Shown here: in pieces, positions 27,025 through 40,029 of the stretch
How positions within the stretch are numbered: position 1 is the first letter of the stretch
Layout of the letters: every line of letters begins with the position of its first letter
From: Octopus bimaculoides
Taxonomy: Eukaryota
NCBI RefSeq assembly: GCF_001194135.2
Contig: NC_068987.1
Coordinates: 82,866,723 to 82,930,722, forward strand
Direction of reading: 5' to 3'
Length of the DNA stretch: 64,000 nucleotides
Program-made: the position numbers and the translations under genes
Notes under the pieces: generated by a model
Database searches by the model: none
What the model was told of the DNA's origin: nothing
The model's input: only the letters and a program-made list of their open reading frames with translations

Positions 27025-28460
27025 GTAAGACAAAGTTATCTACGGCTAAGAATAATACATGACTATATAAATTTTGCATGATTAGACATCACTAATGAAA
27101 CTAAATCAATGATTATCTAGAGTAAAACGAGAGGAAAAACTCCATTAATTTATTTTGTGTGAGTCTTTTTGTCCGCTTGTTTAATTTTCTTTTACCTGAC
27201 CATATTTTCAGTTGTGGTTTTGTTTGTTTTTTCCTGTTTCAATAAGACAAATCAATTTAACCTCAGTACATTGACCACATGAAACAAGAATGTAAAAAAG
27301 AACACACAAAAATCCACAAAAACACAAACACAAAAATTGTATGCTGAAGACAAAACAATGGATTGTATTATCCATTCCAAGAGAAATTTTCATTAGGAAC
27401 CTTTAAAATCATGTTTGTTTGTTGAACATTAACCACTAGTGTACAGTCGATGTTTTACAATGAAGACAACATTTCTTCCTTAGGCTTAAATAATGAAATA
27501 ACTGCATTAGAAGACTAAATTCATTTTAAAGGGAAGATTTTCCTTGTTATGGTTCTAGCATTCCAACATGCCAGTGCTTCAGTGAAAGATAAATTAATTT
27601 TTAAGTAGTTTGAAACAAAACAGGTTTTGGCAATTTTGCCAGACTTTATAATTTTATCACAAAACATTGATATTAGTTTATATGTAATACATGAGCTGAG
27701 AGAATCATATGAGATGTAAACCTATCATTTTCAAGCTGAATGTGAAATGCTAGCTAAACTAAATATTTCTGTTTTTTTGTAAACATGACTACTTTATACA
27801 TTTCGGTCTTACTGCAGTCATTAAAGTATGAAACTAGTAAGAAGAATGTTATGTTTCCTAGGATAGTATATCAATCTATATATTAGCAACTGAGGCAGTA
27901 TTAATACTGAAAGATAATATTTATCTCCACTTAAACGTGGTTGTTCCATTAGAACAAGCTATACTGTGGTAGTTCCTATGAGAGAACCACTCATATTGAC
28001 TTTTTTTTGGGGGGGGGGGGTGCAAAATCCACTCTTGTTTATATTGCTAGCAGAAAGATAAATCTCGGCTACACCCAGCACCAATCTTTCTTAAGACTAT
28101 TGCCTAGAGTGGGGCATTTTTAAAGTCTATCACTGCATACCAAGGCAATGAAAGATGCAGGCATATTTAGACTACCTCTTCCTCTGCTTGTTGCCTCCTC
28201 TTTCCTGAGCCACCTTTACCCCTCTCATCTCCCCCCTCCATACTGATATTTACCACCGACCACACCTTCACCCTTTTCCATCACTCATTATATCCACCTC
28301 TTGCCCAATCTTTAACCATCTGTCACTCTTAGGGAATTGCCCATCCTTTTCTTCCCTCCCAAACCCTTATACTCACCTTCTTATCCCTTGAGAATACACA
28401 CTAGCACTCTGTCACCACCATTTTTATCTCTCTTCTAGTTGTAAACACCTTCCCTCACAT

Positions 28461-28710
28461 AATGTGGGGGCACGTGGCTTAGTGGTTAGGGTGTTAGACT
28501 CATGATTGTAAGATTGTGGTTTTGATTCCTGGACTGGGCAACACGTTGTGTTTTTGAGCACACTTCATTTCACATTGCTCCTACCCACTCAGCTGGCAAA
28601 AATGAGCAATCCTGCGACAGATGGGCGTTGTGTCCGGGTGGCAAATTTATGTACCATGAAACCAGGAAACTGGCCCTTATGAGTCAATATAACCCCATAA
28701 GGTAACTTTA
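28461..28710 (+). mobile_element. tRNA-headed SINE family F; other copies at about 43775-43930(-) and 49820-49985(+)
   Basis: gtggcttagtggttagggtgttagactcatg...cttcatttcacattgctcc...actcagctggcaaaaatgag. Confidence 0.7.
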
Positions 28711-29654
28711 CCTTTACCCTCTATAATGCAAGGTAGCCATGTTCTTGTCCCTCTATCATACTTTAACCTTCAACACCTGACATAAAGCACCACGCCTCCT
28801 CTCAAATACACCCACTCTCTTATCAAGGTTTTTTTTTTTTATCCCTTTTCATTCTTTACTTCATCTTGCAAGTCACTTGGCAACCTCACAAGAGCTGGAG
28901 TCACAAGAAAAGCATCCAGTACATACTGTAAAATGGTTGGCATTAGGAAAGCCATCAAACCATAGAAATCATACCAGAGCTAACACTGGGGCTCAATATA
29001 GCTCTGAGTTTGTGTTGGATCCTGTTTATATCAAAATGGAGAAGCATACCAACAATTCCATGTCATTCACTTGAACAACCGTGGAAATCTTTCCCATATT
29101 AAACCTCTGGCTGCTTTGTTAATCTACAAATAAAGATTATTTATCCACCAATGCAGTGTTGAGCATTCATTATCACTAAAGCATGCATATGTGTGCGATA
29201 AGCGAAATACAGGCATGCGACTGAAGGCAGATTTACTTCTGCCTTTATAGTGCGTAAAGAAAACATTGTTGTAGGAATGTACACAGCATGTGTACTACAG
29301 CAGTCCTATGCATAGCTTTAATACTGAGATTGAAAGGCAGGGGAAAATTATGCCTACCTAATCTACAAAGAAATAAAATATTTTATATTTTATGCAGAGT
29401 AATCAGAATAACCTTCATTATTTTATTGAATTAGGTGCATATTTTGCCATAAAAGGAAAATGTTACTATCAGTCTATTTTATTCAGGGTAGGCACTGCCT
29501 AATTAGCCTACCAAGGTAGCACGTCCCTGATATATATATATATACATTTCCTCATTTAACATCTGTGTTCCATATACTTGTGTGTGTGTGTATGTGAGTG
29601 TGTGTGTGTGTGTGTGTATGAGTGTGTGTGTGCTTGTGTATGTGAGTGTGTGTG

Positions 29655-29873
29655 TGTATTTTCTTTTATTTTCCTTTATTTGTTTCAGCCATTTCCCTGC
29701 GGCCATGCTGGAGCACCGCCTTTTAGCCGAACAAATTGACCCCAGGACTTATTTTTTGTAAGCCTAGTACTTATTCTAGAGGTCTCTTTTGCCGAACTGC
29801 TAATTAATAGGGACGTAAACACACCAACATTGGTTGTCAAGTGATGGTGGGGGAGACAAACACAGACACATAA

Positions 29874-29919
<46 letters not shown>

Positions 29920-30075
29920 GACAAGCTTCTTTCAGTTTCCATCTACCAAATTCACTTACAAAGCTTTGGTCAGCCCGAGGTTATGGTAGAAGACAGTTGC
30001 TCAAGGTGCCACACAGTGGGACTGAACCCAGGACCATTGTTTGGAAGGAAGCTTCTTACCACACAGCCACTCCTG
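29655..30075 (-). mobile_element. SINE AB, full length
   Basis: Reverse-complement match with internal (TA)n. Confidence 0.85.
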
Positions 30076-30156
30076 CACCTACACAGCCACTCCTTGCTTA
30101 TATCATTATCCTCATCATCATCATCACCATTGTTAAACAATGATGATAGCGATAAT

Positions 30157-30190
<34 letters not shown>

Positions 30191-30591
30191 TGTGAGTATA
30201 TGGAACACAGATGTTGAATGACGATAGAGATATAAACAGACAGACAGACAGATAGATGTATGTATTTGTAAAATAGAACATTCCTTGCACACAACTGAAG
30301 AAAAGTGGAAAGGAAGAGATATGTGCATGTGTGTGTGTGTGTGTGTGTGTGTCTGTGGTTTCTGTTCTGTATTGTTCAATGAGATAAGCAGACAACACTG
30401 AAGTATTGGAAAACACATTTTTCAATCAGTTTTTGTTTTACTGGAGACATGAAATAATTGATCTGTGATTTTATTTATTTCTTTGTTTGGCATCTCTGTC
30501 TGTGAATCCATACTTTTATGTGCTTCCATGCATTTTGCACAAAAGTTTTAAATTGATTTATTATTATATTACAAAATAATAATATAATTAC

Positions 30592-30860
30592 AGACATGGG
30601 CACGGCCATGCAGTTAAGAAGCTTGCTTTGCAATCACCTGGATTTAGGTTCAGTCCTACTGCATGGCACCATGGACAGATGTCTTCTACTATAGCCCCAG
30701 GCTGACCAATGCTTTGTGAGTGGATTTGGTAGATGGAAACTGTGTGGAAACCCATCATGTGTGTGTGTGTGTGTGTGTATTTTGCACTTGCACTGCCACA
30801 TTCACTTGACAACTGATGTTGGTTTGTTTGTGTCCCCATAACTTAGCTGTTCAGCAAATT
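30592..30860 (+). mobile_element. SINE AB, 3'-truncated
   Basis: Family match. Confidence 0.75.
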
Positions 30861-30894
30861 TTATCCTTAATTATATTTAAATATAGTTATATAT

Positions 30895-31260
30895 ATCATC
30901 ATCATCATTTAACGTCCGCTTTCCAAGCTGGCATGGGTTGAACGATTTGACTGAAGACTGGTGAAACCAGATGGCTACACCAGGCTCCAATCTGATTTGG
31001 CAGAGTTTCTACAGTTGGATGCTCTTCCTAACGCCAACCACTCTGAGAGTGAAGTGAGTGCTTTTATGTGCCACCGGCACAAAGGCCAGTCAGGCAGTAC
31101 TGGCAATGGCCACGCTCAAAATGGTGTATTTTACGTGCCACCTGCACAGGAGCCAGTCCAGCGGTACACGCAACGATCTCGCTTGAATGTCTTTTCACAT
31201 GCCACTAGCACAAGTGCCAGGAAGGCGACGTTGGTAACAATCACGCTAGGTTCGAATATG
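30895..31260 (-). mobile_element. RTE-tail family copy
   Basis: Close reverse-complement match to 54600-55011. Confidence 0.8.
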
Positions 31261-31359
31261 CCCCAAGTATATTTGAACTAATAAGAAATTTGTAATTATA
31301 TGTATATGTATAATGGCTTTTTGCATAGTTTCTTTCTCTCAAATTTCCTTAACATAGAC

Positions 31360-31692
31360 CAGGGGTTCTCAACCATTTTTATCTATGCCCCCACCTCCCA
31401 ATTGCTATTTTATTCTTGTGGACCCCCGTAGCAGATGTTTAAAAACTAGTTACATAGAGTGTTATTTACTAATGTTTCCATGCTTTAATTTGTGTAGGTT
31501 GAACTAATTAAAATGTCGAGAGAAAGAAATTCGTTTCCTGCAATACATACCAATACATATGTCGAGAGCAAATTTCTTTCAGCAGCTCTTAAAATATCAT
31601 TATGGATTCCCAATTTACTATTTTGTTGTAAGGACCCCAAAAATCTAATGTGGACCCTCAGGGGCCATATGGAACCCGGTTGAAAACCACTG
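31360..31692. mobile_element. hAT (Charlie/MER5-like) MITE, 333 bp
   Basis: TIRs CAGGGGTTCTCAACC / CAGTGGTTTTCAACC; 8-bp TSD ACATAGAC / ACATAGGC. Confidence 0.85.
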
Positions 31693-32324
31693 ACATAGGC
31701 CTTGTTCAACCTGACCCTTTCATCAGAGACACAACATAAGCATCAAGTTGTTGTATAGTGGGACTGAACCAAGAACCATGTGGTCTGAAAACAATCATCT
31801 TAACCACGATTACACACTATAGATGAATAAGTATATTTAGATGTATCATCAAACATCTAATATCGTATTCTCCCATCTTTGTTTAAACATTAGTTTTGTA
31901 CAAATAAAAACCAATTAAATCAATTCATTATTACACTAATTAGAGCAGATACTGTCATCTTATGTTAGAGGAAAACAATTTCATTACATTACTCGCTTGT
32001 GGTTTCATTTTCCCCAAACGTCTTGTTTATATACTTCATAGAACTTACATTTCATTGGATGCTTCTGTCGTATGTATAATTCGTATTGTTTGCATTCTGT
32101 ATAATTACAAGCTGTTTATTTATTTTGCCCACATTGAAACTTGGATATTTATAGAACTTTGACCAATGTATTTGCAGGAAAATATCTTATCTAAAGCTAA
32201 TCACACTTCTTGTATATCTGAGTAAAGGATATATAAAATATACTAAATGAAAGTCAAGAATCATCTGCAATTTTGCCAAAGCTTACTTTTGGTTGGCTTC
32301 ACTGCTTTCAGTGCTCATGTGCTA

Positions 32325-32610
32325 AAAGGTGGTACTCTTGTGGCAACATAGAAGGTGGTACTCTTATAGCAACATAGAAGGTGGTACTCATGTGGCAACA
32401 TAGAAGTTGGTACTCTTGTGGCAACATAGAAGTTGGTACTCTTGTGGCAACATAGAAGGTGCTACTCTTGTGGCAACATAGAAGGTGCTACTCTTCTAGC
32501 AACATAGAAGGTGGTACTCTTGTGGCAACATAAAAGGTGGTACTCTTGTGGCAACATAGAAGGTGGTACTCTTCTGGCAACATAGAAGGTGGTACTCTTC
32601 TGGCAACATA
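32325..32610 (+). repeat. 26-bp minisatellite, 11 copies
   Basis: Unit GAAGGTGGTACTCTTGTGGCAACATA repeated with 0-2 substitutions per copy. Confidence 0.95.
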
Positions 32611-32662
32611 GCCTGGATATAGAAGCTAGAGGTTTTGAGGCAGTTGTCCATAGATATCTTCT

Positions 32663-32771
32663 GCAATAAGTGTGAATTTGAGAGAGGAATATGTTGTATA
32701 AAGTCACAATTAACTGGTCCTCCTGTATTTTTTTTTATCCAAAGCCAGGAACTTTTCAACACTCTCTTGTA
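32663..32771 (-). mobile_element. One end of a mariner-derived MITE (truncated)
   Basis: Minus strand starts TACAAGAGAGTGTTGAAAAGTTCCTGGCTTT; same family as 62881-63214. Confidence 0.7.
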
Positions 32772-32817
32772 TGTTGATTTCAACTTCATAGTGTATGTAT
32801 GTACGTATGTATGTATG

Positions 32818-32851
<34 letters not shown>

Positions 32852-32878
32852 CGTATGTATGTGTGTATGTATGTATGT

Positions 32879-33375
32879 CTCTTCTATTTTTTAATTATTA
32901 TAGATCTTCCACTGAGGAGGGAGTCGATTTCCAACAAAGATACAAGGCTTCATCTTTGAGATGTAGTTTACTCAAACAAATTTACATTTGGAACTTGAGA
33001 AGAGTCTTGCATATTTTCACTGTTCTACTCACAGATTACACTTGTGATGTACGGATCAGTCAGTCAGTTTCTCTTTCTGAAAATTCCAGTTTATCCAGAT
33101 TCCCCTTTAAGCATTTACTAACAAAATCTAGTGCTCCAATTATTATTGGTATGAATATGAATTCATAGCCTGGATATAGAAACTGGAGGTTTTGAAGCAG
33201 TTGTCCATTGATATCCTCTTTTCCTTTGATTTTCAAGGAGATATTTATATCTGCAGAGCAGCTAACCTCTATGATGGTACATATCTTTGTCCCTCTGTCT
33301 CAAATAACAATATCCAGCCTGTTATGTTTACAGTTGACAGAAGTTTTGATGAGAATATTCCACCAGTATTCCTTG

Positions 33376-33377
<2 letters not shown>
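32879..33377 (-). mobile_element. 5'-truncated non-LTR retrotransposon 3' end encoding a restriction-like endonuclease (R2 group, R4/Dong-like), decayed
   Basis: Manual minus-strand translation 33377->32982 in one frame: IKEYWWNILIKTSVNCKHNRLDIVI*DRGTKICTIIEVSCSADINISLKIKGKEDINGQLLQNLQFLYPGYEFIFIPIIIGALDFVSKCLKGNLDKLEFSERETD*LIRTSQV*SVSRTVKICKTLLKFQM*. Matches the RLE pattern (R-P-D..E, PIIIGALG); about 100-nt 3' UTR; (ACAT)n on both sides. Confidence 0.8.
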
Positions 33378-33408
<31 letters not shown>

Positions 33409-35234
33409 TGTATGTATGTATGTGTGAGTGCATATGTATGTCTGTGTTTTATTGTTTTAATATTGTGTTATAGTTGTAAATGGTTATCATTTATATACGA
33501 AATTCTACAAAAATCACATCTGGCTATTGGTAGAGGGGAGGGAATATTACCTTGCCTGGAAGCAGGTAAGGGTTTGCAACAGGAAGAGCATCCAGCTGTA
33601 AAAAATCTGCCTCAATAAATTTCGTCCAGTCCATGTAAGGAAATAAAAAATTGACATTAAAACTCATGATGATGATGATGTTGTTGTTGGTGGTGGTAGT
33701 GGTGGCGGTGGTGGTGGTGATGGTGGTGGTGGCACTCAGTGAAGGATACCATCATCAGTTACAGGTGTCATTTGAACCAGTTGCTGGTTGACTGCTTTTC
33801 TGATATTTGTCCAGTATCAAGTTACAGTGGCTTAAGGAAGCGTCTCTCTCTTTGTAACTCACATAGAATGATCTACGTTAAGGGACTTCATTTGTAACGC
33901 TTTGATTTTTCGATTTTACAGCTGATATTTGCAAACCTCAATGATTAAACAGAGATCTAAGATAGGCACACACACACACACACANNNNNNNNNNACACTT
34001 CCACTAGTTTTTGTCTTTTACTTGTTTCAGTCTTTGTGCTGTAGCCATGCTGGAGCACCACCTTGAGGGATTTAGTCAAACATTGACGGTAGTAACTTTT
34101 TTTTTTTTTTTAATGTCTGGTATTTATTCTGCCAGTCTCTTTTGACAAACCAATTAGTTATGGGGATGTAAACAAACCAACACTAGTTGTCAACTTGTGG
34201 TGGTGGTGGGGCAAAGACACACACCTACACACACAGACACACACACACACACACACATATATATGTATATGCACACATACACACACTTATATGTATATAT
34301 TATACTGCTCAGTTTATAATTAATATATAGTTAGCATGTTCTATAGCCTCAATATTACTCCAGTTAATACCAGGTATCAGTCTTTATAGATACTACCTAA
34401 TAAATAAGTAATTTAGTTTAAATGATTGAATTAATAAACAATTTCTATATAATCTTCTCTTTTCTATTGATGATAATAAGGTATATATGCTTTCATCATG
34501 GTTTAGTGATTAAGCTATTTATTCCTTTCTATGGTGTTCTACCCTACCTGATCATATTATTTTTATAATAGCCTTTATGTAATTAAATCTAATTTTTGTA
34601 CCCCTAGATATTTATATTAGCTTATATATAACAGCATCGGTAGCTTTATGACTTATGATATACCTCTTAGATTATAATTAATATATAATTAGCATGTTCT
34701 ATTGCCCCAGTACACCTTTATAAAATGCCAGTAAATGCCAGTGATCAATCTTCATAAATACCATCTAATAAGTAAATATTTAAGTATATGAATAAATATT
34801 AAGCTAATTCTATGTAATTTCATTTCTCACCCTATTGTTGTAAATTTTGGTATATACTCAAAAGAATTCAAAGATTTATCCTTTTGGTTATAATATTCTT
34901 CTTAATATTTTTCTTGATAACCCTTAATTTTATCTTTATACAATATAACAATATTGTTTAAATCATTCAATTATAGTACCCCATGATAAAATTTCTCCTG
35001 TATTATCATCTTTGGTTTTATTAGAATCTTGCCCCTTTAACTGGTAACTAACATCTTGATTTAAGATCTTCCTCTACCAAACCTCATAATAGACAGTTAC
35101 TGTATACTACTCCAAATTAATCTTGATAAGTTTTATGACTATACCCACTATGATTCTGTCAACTCTCAGGCCCTTTCCTAATCAGACAATGCTCTTTGGT
35201 CTTAGATTTTGACATACAAAGATTCGATAAACAA

Positions 35235-35492
35235 GACTATAAATTAGCACGTAAAAAGCACCATCCAAACGTGGCCAATGCCAGTGCTGCCTGATTGGCT
35301 CCCATGCCGGTGGCACATAAAAAGTACCCACTACACTCTCAGAGTGGTTGGCGTTAGGAAGAGCATCCAGCTGTAGAAACATTACCAGATCAGACTGGAG
35401 CCTGGTGAGGCCTCCTGGCTTGCCAGTCCCCAGTCAAACCGTCCAACCCATGCCAGCATGAAAAACGAACGTTAAACGATGATTATGATGAT
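35235..35492 (+). mobile_element. RTE-tail family copy
   Basis: gtggcacataaaaagtaccc...ggcgttaggaagagcatccagctgtagaaac...GAT tail. Confidence 0.8.
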
Positions 35493-35573
35493 CATATATA
35501 TATATGGATATATATACATATCTCTCTCACTCTATATATATACATACATATACATAAATAAATAAATAAATAA

Positions 35574-35602
<29 letters not shown>

Positions 35603-35604
<2 letters not shown>

Positions 35605-35698
35605 GGCGCAAGAGTGGCTGTGTAGTAAGTAGCTTGCTTACCAACCACATGGTTCCGGGTTCAGTCCCGCTGCGTGGCACCTTGGGCAAGTGTCTTCT
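35603..35698 (+). mobile_element. SINE AB head running into a gap
   Basis: CpG-rich, apparently young copy: ggttccgggttcagtcccgctgcgtggcaccttgggcaagtg. Confidence 0.8.
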
Positions 35699-36924
35699 NN
35701 NNNNNNNNNNNNNNNNNNNNNNNNNNNNNNNNNNNNNNNNNNNNNNNNNNNNNNNNNNNNNNNNNNNNNNNNNNNNNNNNNNNNNNNNNNNNNNNNNNNN
35801 NNNNNNNNNNNNNNNNNNNNNNNNNNNNNNNNNNNNNNNNNNNNNNNNNNNNNNNNNNNNNNNNNNNNNNNNNNNNNNNNNNNNNNNNNNNNNNNNNNNN
35901 NNNNNNNNNNNNNNNNNNNNNNNNNNNNNNNNNNNNNNNNNNNNNNNNNNNNNNNNNNNNNNNNNNNNNNNNNNNNNNNNNNNNNNNNNNNNNNNNNNNN
36001 NNNNNNNNNNNNNNNNNNNNNNNNNNNNNNNNNNNNNNNNNNNNNNNNNNNNNNNNNNNNNNNNNNNNNNNNNNNNNNNNNNNNNNNNNNNNNNNNNNNN
36101 NNNNNNNNNNNNNNNNNNNNNNNNNNNNNNNNNNNNNNNNNNNNNNNNNNNNNNNNNNNNNNNNNNNNNNNNNNNNNNNNNNNNNNNNNNNNNNNNNNNN
36201 NNNNNNNNNNNNNNNNNNNNNNNNNNNNNNNNNNNNNNNNNNNNNNNNNNNNNNNNNNNNNNNNNNNNNNNNNNNNNNNNNNNNNNNNNNNNNNNNNNNN
36301 NNNNNNNNNNNNNNNNNNNNNNNNNNNNNNNNNNNNNNNNNNNNNNNNNNNNNNNNNNNNNNNNNNNNNNNNNNNNNNNNNNNNNNNNNNNNNNNNNNNN
36401 NNNNNNNNNNNNNNNNNNNNNNNNNNNNNNNNNNNNNNNNNNNNNNNNNNNNNNNNNNNNNNNNNNNNNNNNNNNNNNNNNNNNNNNNNNNNNNNNNNNN
36501 NTATATATATATATATATATTTTAGCTACCAGCATAAAGACTCATAGAATGCAAATTGGAATTTCTGATTTACTGATGCTACCAATATTGGGTGGACTTA
36601 TAAATCCATTAGTTGTGTATTTCTCTGGGGAGATAAAAGCTATGCACATGGTTCCTGAGGAAAGGTACAATTAGGAGACAAAATTCCAGTCAAATTATTC
36701 ATTTTTCTTTTTTCTCTCTCTGTAGAGAAATGATACATAAAAAAAGAAAAACGTTTACCTTTGTCAGTCCATTTATTTATTCATTTATGCAGCTTTGATT
36801 AAATCTCATACTGTTTCTGTACATATATGTACTTATAAATACAGACAAACACACACACACACACATAGTTATGGAGGAGATCTCTTCACATGAAAGTACC
36901 AGTTGCTTTGTTAATTTACTCCTT

Positions 36925-37375
36925 AATCCTTTACTCCTTTACCTGTTTCAGTCATTTGACTGCAGCCATGCTGGAGCACCACCTTTAGTCGAGCAAATCG
37001 ACCCCATGACTTATTCTTTGTAAGCCTAGTACTTATTCTATCGGTCTCTTTTGCCGAACTGCTAGGTTACGGGGACGTAAACATACCAGCATCGGTTGTC
37101 AAGCAAAGTTGGGGGCACAAAAACAAACACACAAACATATACACACATATATATATATATATATATAGATAGATAGATAGTTACATACATACGTACATAC
37201 ATGCATACATATATACAACGGGCTTCTTTCAGTTTCCGTCTACCAAATCCACTCACAAGGCTTTGGTCGGCCCGAGGCTATAGTAGAAGACACTTGCCCA
37301 AGGTGCCACACAGTGGGACTGAACCCAGAACCCTGTGGTTGGTAAGCAAGCTATTTACCACATAGCCACTCCTGA
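36925..37375 (-). mobile_element. SINE AB, full length, apparently young
   Basis: Retains many CpGs; internal (TA)/(GATA)/(CATA)n. Confidence 0.9.
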
Positions 37376-37987
37376 AAAACAGAATATCTGTCCACCAGTA
37401 CAGTGTTAAGTACTCATTCTCACTGTCTGATATCACCATGTATTTGTGTGGAACCCTTTTTGTCATAACCAAAAGAGTGTCAGTTATAATTATCAATATC
37501 ACCTGTTGTTTTATTGATTAAATTAATTGCATGCTTCATTTAGACACTGCCCCTTCATGTCATGATGTTGATATTAATCTCCAGGTCAGTCTTAATTAGA
37601 GCAGAGCTTTAACAAAGATGACAAAGGGGACTTGTCAGCTGTGCAACCATTAACAGTCATGTTGCTAGGAAAGGTGGGTTATGGGAGCAGTCCAGCTTGG
37701 ACAATGCTTTTATGAGAGCAGCTTTTTTGAGTCTACTGTATAAGCCTAAACAAGCAGTAATCACCTGAGGGTAGCCACAAACCCAAGGGCTGGCCCAAGA
37801 GGCACACACCTTAGCTAGGCTACTAATGATTCCATAAGTTGACCATAATTGTGTATGTAGCGACTTGGGCAATGATATTTTGAAGAAGACTGAGAGTTTC
37901 ACATTCATACAAATTTCCTTTTTTGCACATCACTAGTGTTTATCCACAGAAAAAAGCCACTGGCTTGAGTCAGTACAGTTTGGCACC

Positions 37988-38378
37988 AGCTGTATAAAAA
38001 GTGCTGATCCATACCTGTGGAGGGAACATCTGTGGAAGAGGTAGACCGAGGAAAACATGGGTCGAGGTAGTGAAGCATGATCTTTAAATGTTGAGCCTCA
38101 CAGAGACAATGATGAGACTTTTCGCAATATGCTGTGCTTGAGAAGACTCGTCAAGTCAAGTGAAATCATAGTTGCGGCTATTGCCAGTGTCACGTAAATG
38201 GCACCCATGCCAGTGGCACATAAAAAGCACCCATTACACTCTTGAAGTGGTTGGTGTTAGGAAGGGCATTCAGCCATAGAAGCCATGCCAATTCAGACTG
38301 GAACCTGGTGCAGCTCTCCAGCTTAACAGTTCTGGTGAAACCGTCCAACCCATGCCAGCATGGAAAATGAACATTAAA

Positions 38379-38412
<34 letters not shown>

Positions 38413-38430
38413 GGTGGTGGTGGTGGTGGT
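37988..38430 (+). mobile_element. RTE LINE 3' fragment
   Basis: Frameshifted GRGRPRKTWVEVVKHDL*MLSLTETM...YAVLEKTRQVK* (stop at 38161), family 3' UTR, and (GAT)/(GGT)n tail. Confidence 0.8.
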
Positions 38431-38529
38431 TGCTGCAAGTATTGCTATCAGACCTCAAAGAACCAAAATGAATACCACAAGGCATTCAGCCTGACCCTTT
38501 CACAGTTTCACTTACTACACTGGATTCTC

Positions 38530-38900
38530 ATTGTCTTTTACTTGTTTCAGTCATTAAACTGTGGCCATGCTGGGGCACTGACCCCAGGACTTATTTCTTT
38601 CAGTCTGGTACTTATTCTACAGGTCTCTTTTTGCCAAAACGTTAAGTTATGGAGGTGTAAACAAACCAACACTGGTTAAGTCGTGGTGGCTTGACAAACA
38701 CAAAGACACACACACATAAACGTATACACATAGACACTGGGTTTCTTTCAGTTTCTATCCACCAAATCCACTCACAGGGCTTTGATCAGCCCAGGGCTAT
38801 AATTGAAAACACTTGCCCAAAGAGCCACACAGTGGAACTGAACCTGGAACCCTGTGGTTGGGAAGCAAACTTCTTACTGCATAGCTACACCTGTACCTTT
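38530..38900 (-). mobile_element. SINE AB, full length
   Basis: Reverse-complement match. Confidence 0.8.
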
Positions 38901-39254
38901 TTGGTATTTTTTTCTTTTTTCTTTCTTTTTTTTTTTCTTTTATCAAATTTGAAAGGGTGAAAGCAAAGTTGACCTCAGCAGTATTTGAACTCAAATCGAG
39001 AGATTCTTGTTTCTTGCAATTTGATGTCTTCAGCATAACTATCGTCTGTTAAAGTTGTTTAACCCTGGGCCTATGCTGACCAAGCACGTATATGATAAGG
39101 TGCATTCCAATCGTGACCATTTCTTCTTTTCCCTATGACTGTGTTATCCAATGTGTGTTCCCACCATTCCCATCATGGTGCAATCCAATTTGAGGGAATC
39201 CAACTATTATTTCTTGAAAGTTGAGTGATTACCTAAAGGCTCATTTTTGTCACT

Positions 39255-39605
39255 ACTACTACTTCTTCTTCTTCTTCTTCTTCTCGTCCTCCTCCCCTCC
39301 CTTCCTCCTCTTCCTACCTCTTTTTCTTCTCTCCTCCCCATCCTCCCTTCCTCCTTCTTTTTCTTCTTCTTTTCATCCTCTTCATCCTCCCCTCCCTTCC
39401 TCCTCCTCCTTTTCTTCTTCCTCTTCCTCCTTCTTCTTGTCCTCCTGCCCTCAGTTCCTCCTCCTCCTCTTCTTCTTCTTCTTCTTCTTCTCCTCCTCAC
39501 CTTCCTCCTCCTCCTCTTCTTCTTCTTCTTCTTCTCCTCCTCACCTTCCTCCTTCTCCTTCTCCTTCTTCTTCTCCCCTCTCTTTCTTCTTTTTCTTCCT
39601 CTTGG
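39255..39605 (+). repeat. Polypyrimidine (CTT/CCT)n tract
   Basis: Direct reading. Confidence 0.9.
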
Positions 39606-39898
39606 GGTTCCATCCATGAACATCCTGTCCTGCCTTTTTAGTGCCATGTCAAATGTGCCATTTCCCTATTTAGGACAACAGAGTCGTAATTCTTGGATGA
39701 TTTGACTGCAATTTCCAGCAAATTCAACAACCACACAGATACCCTTTCACTGTCCACAACAACAATTATTGTTGTTGTCGTTGTTCTTATTAGTACAACT
39801 GTTGATGTTTTAACTGGTTGTCAGTTTTACTATTTTTCGGGGGTTTTTTGACCTTTTTTTTTCAACCTCCATTGTTATCAATGTGTTTCTTGATTTTC

Positions 39899-39930
<32 letters not shown>

Positions 39931-40029
39931 CTGCTGCTTCATTTATTAGCGTTGTCACCCAGCAGTGAGAATCACAAAAAATTCCATGTTATTCTATTAT
40001 CATCTTCTTCAGCGAGATTTAATTAAATG

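Noticed and set aside
32325-32610. CRISPR-like array
   Set aside because: 26-bp units are directly adjacent with no unique spacers, and the context is eukaryotic.
35492-36674. Long ORFs of 280-350 aa (and others containing X runs)
   Set aside because: They span assembly gaps.
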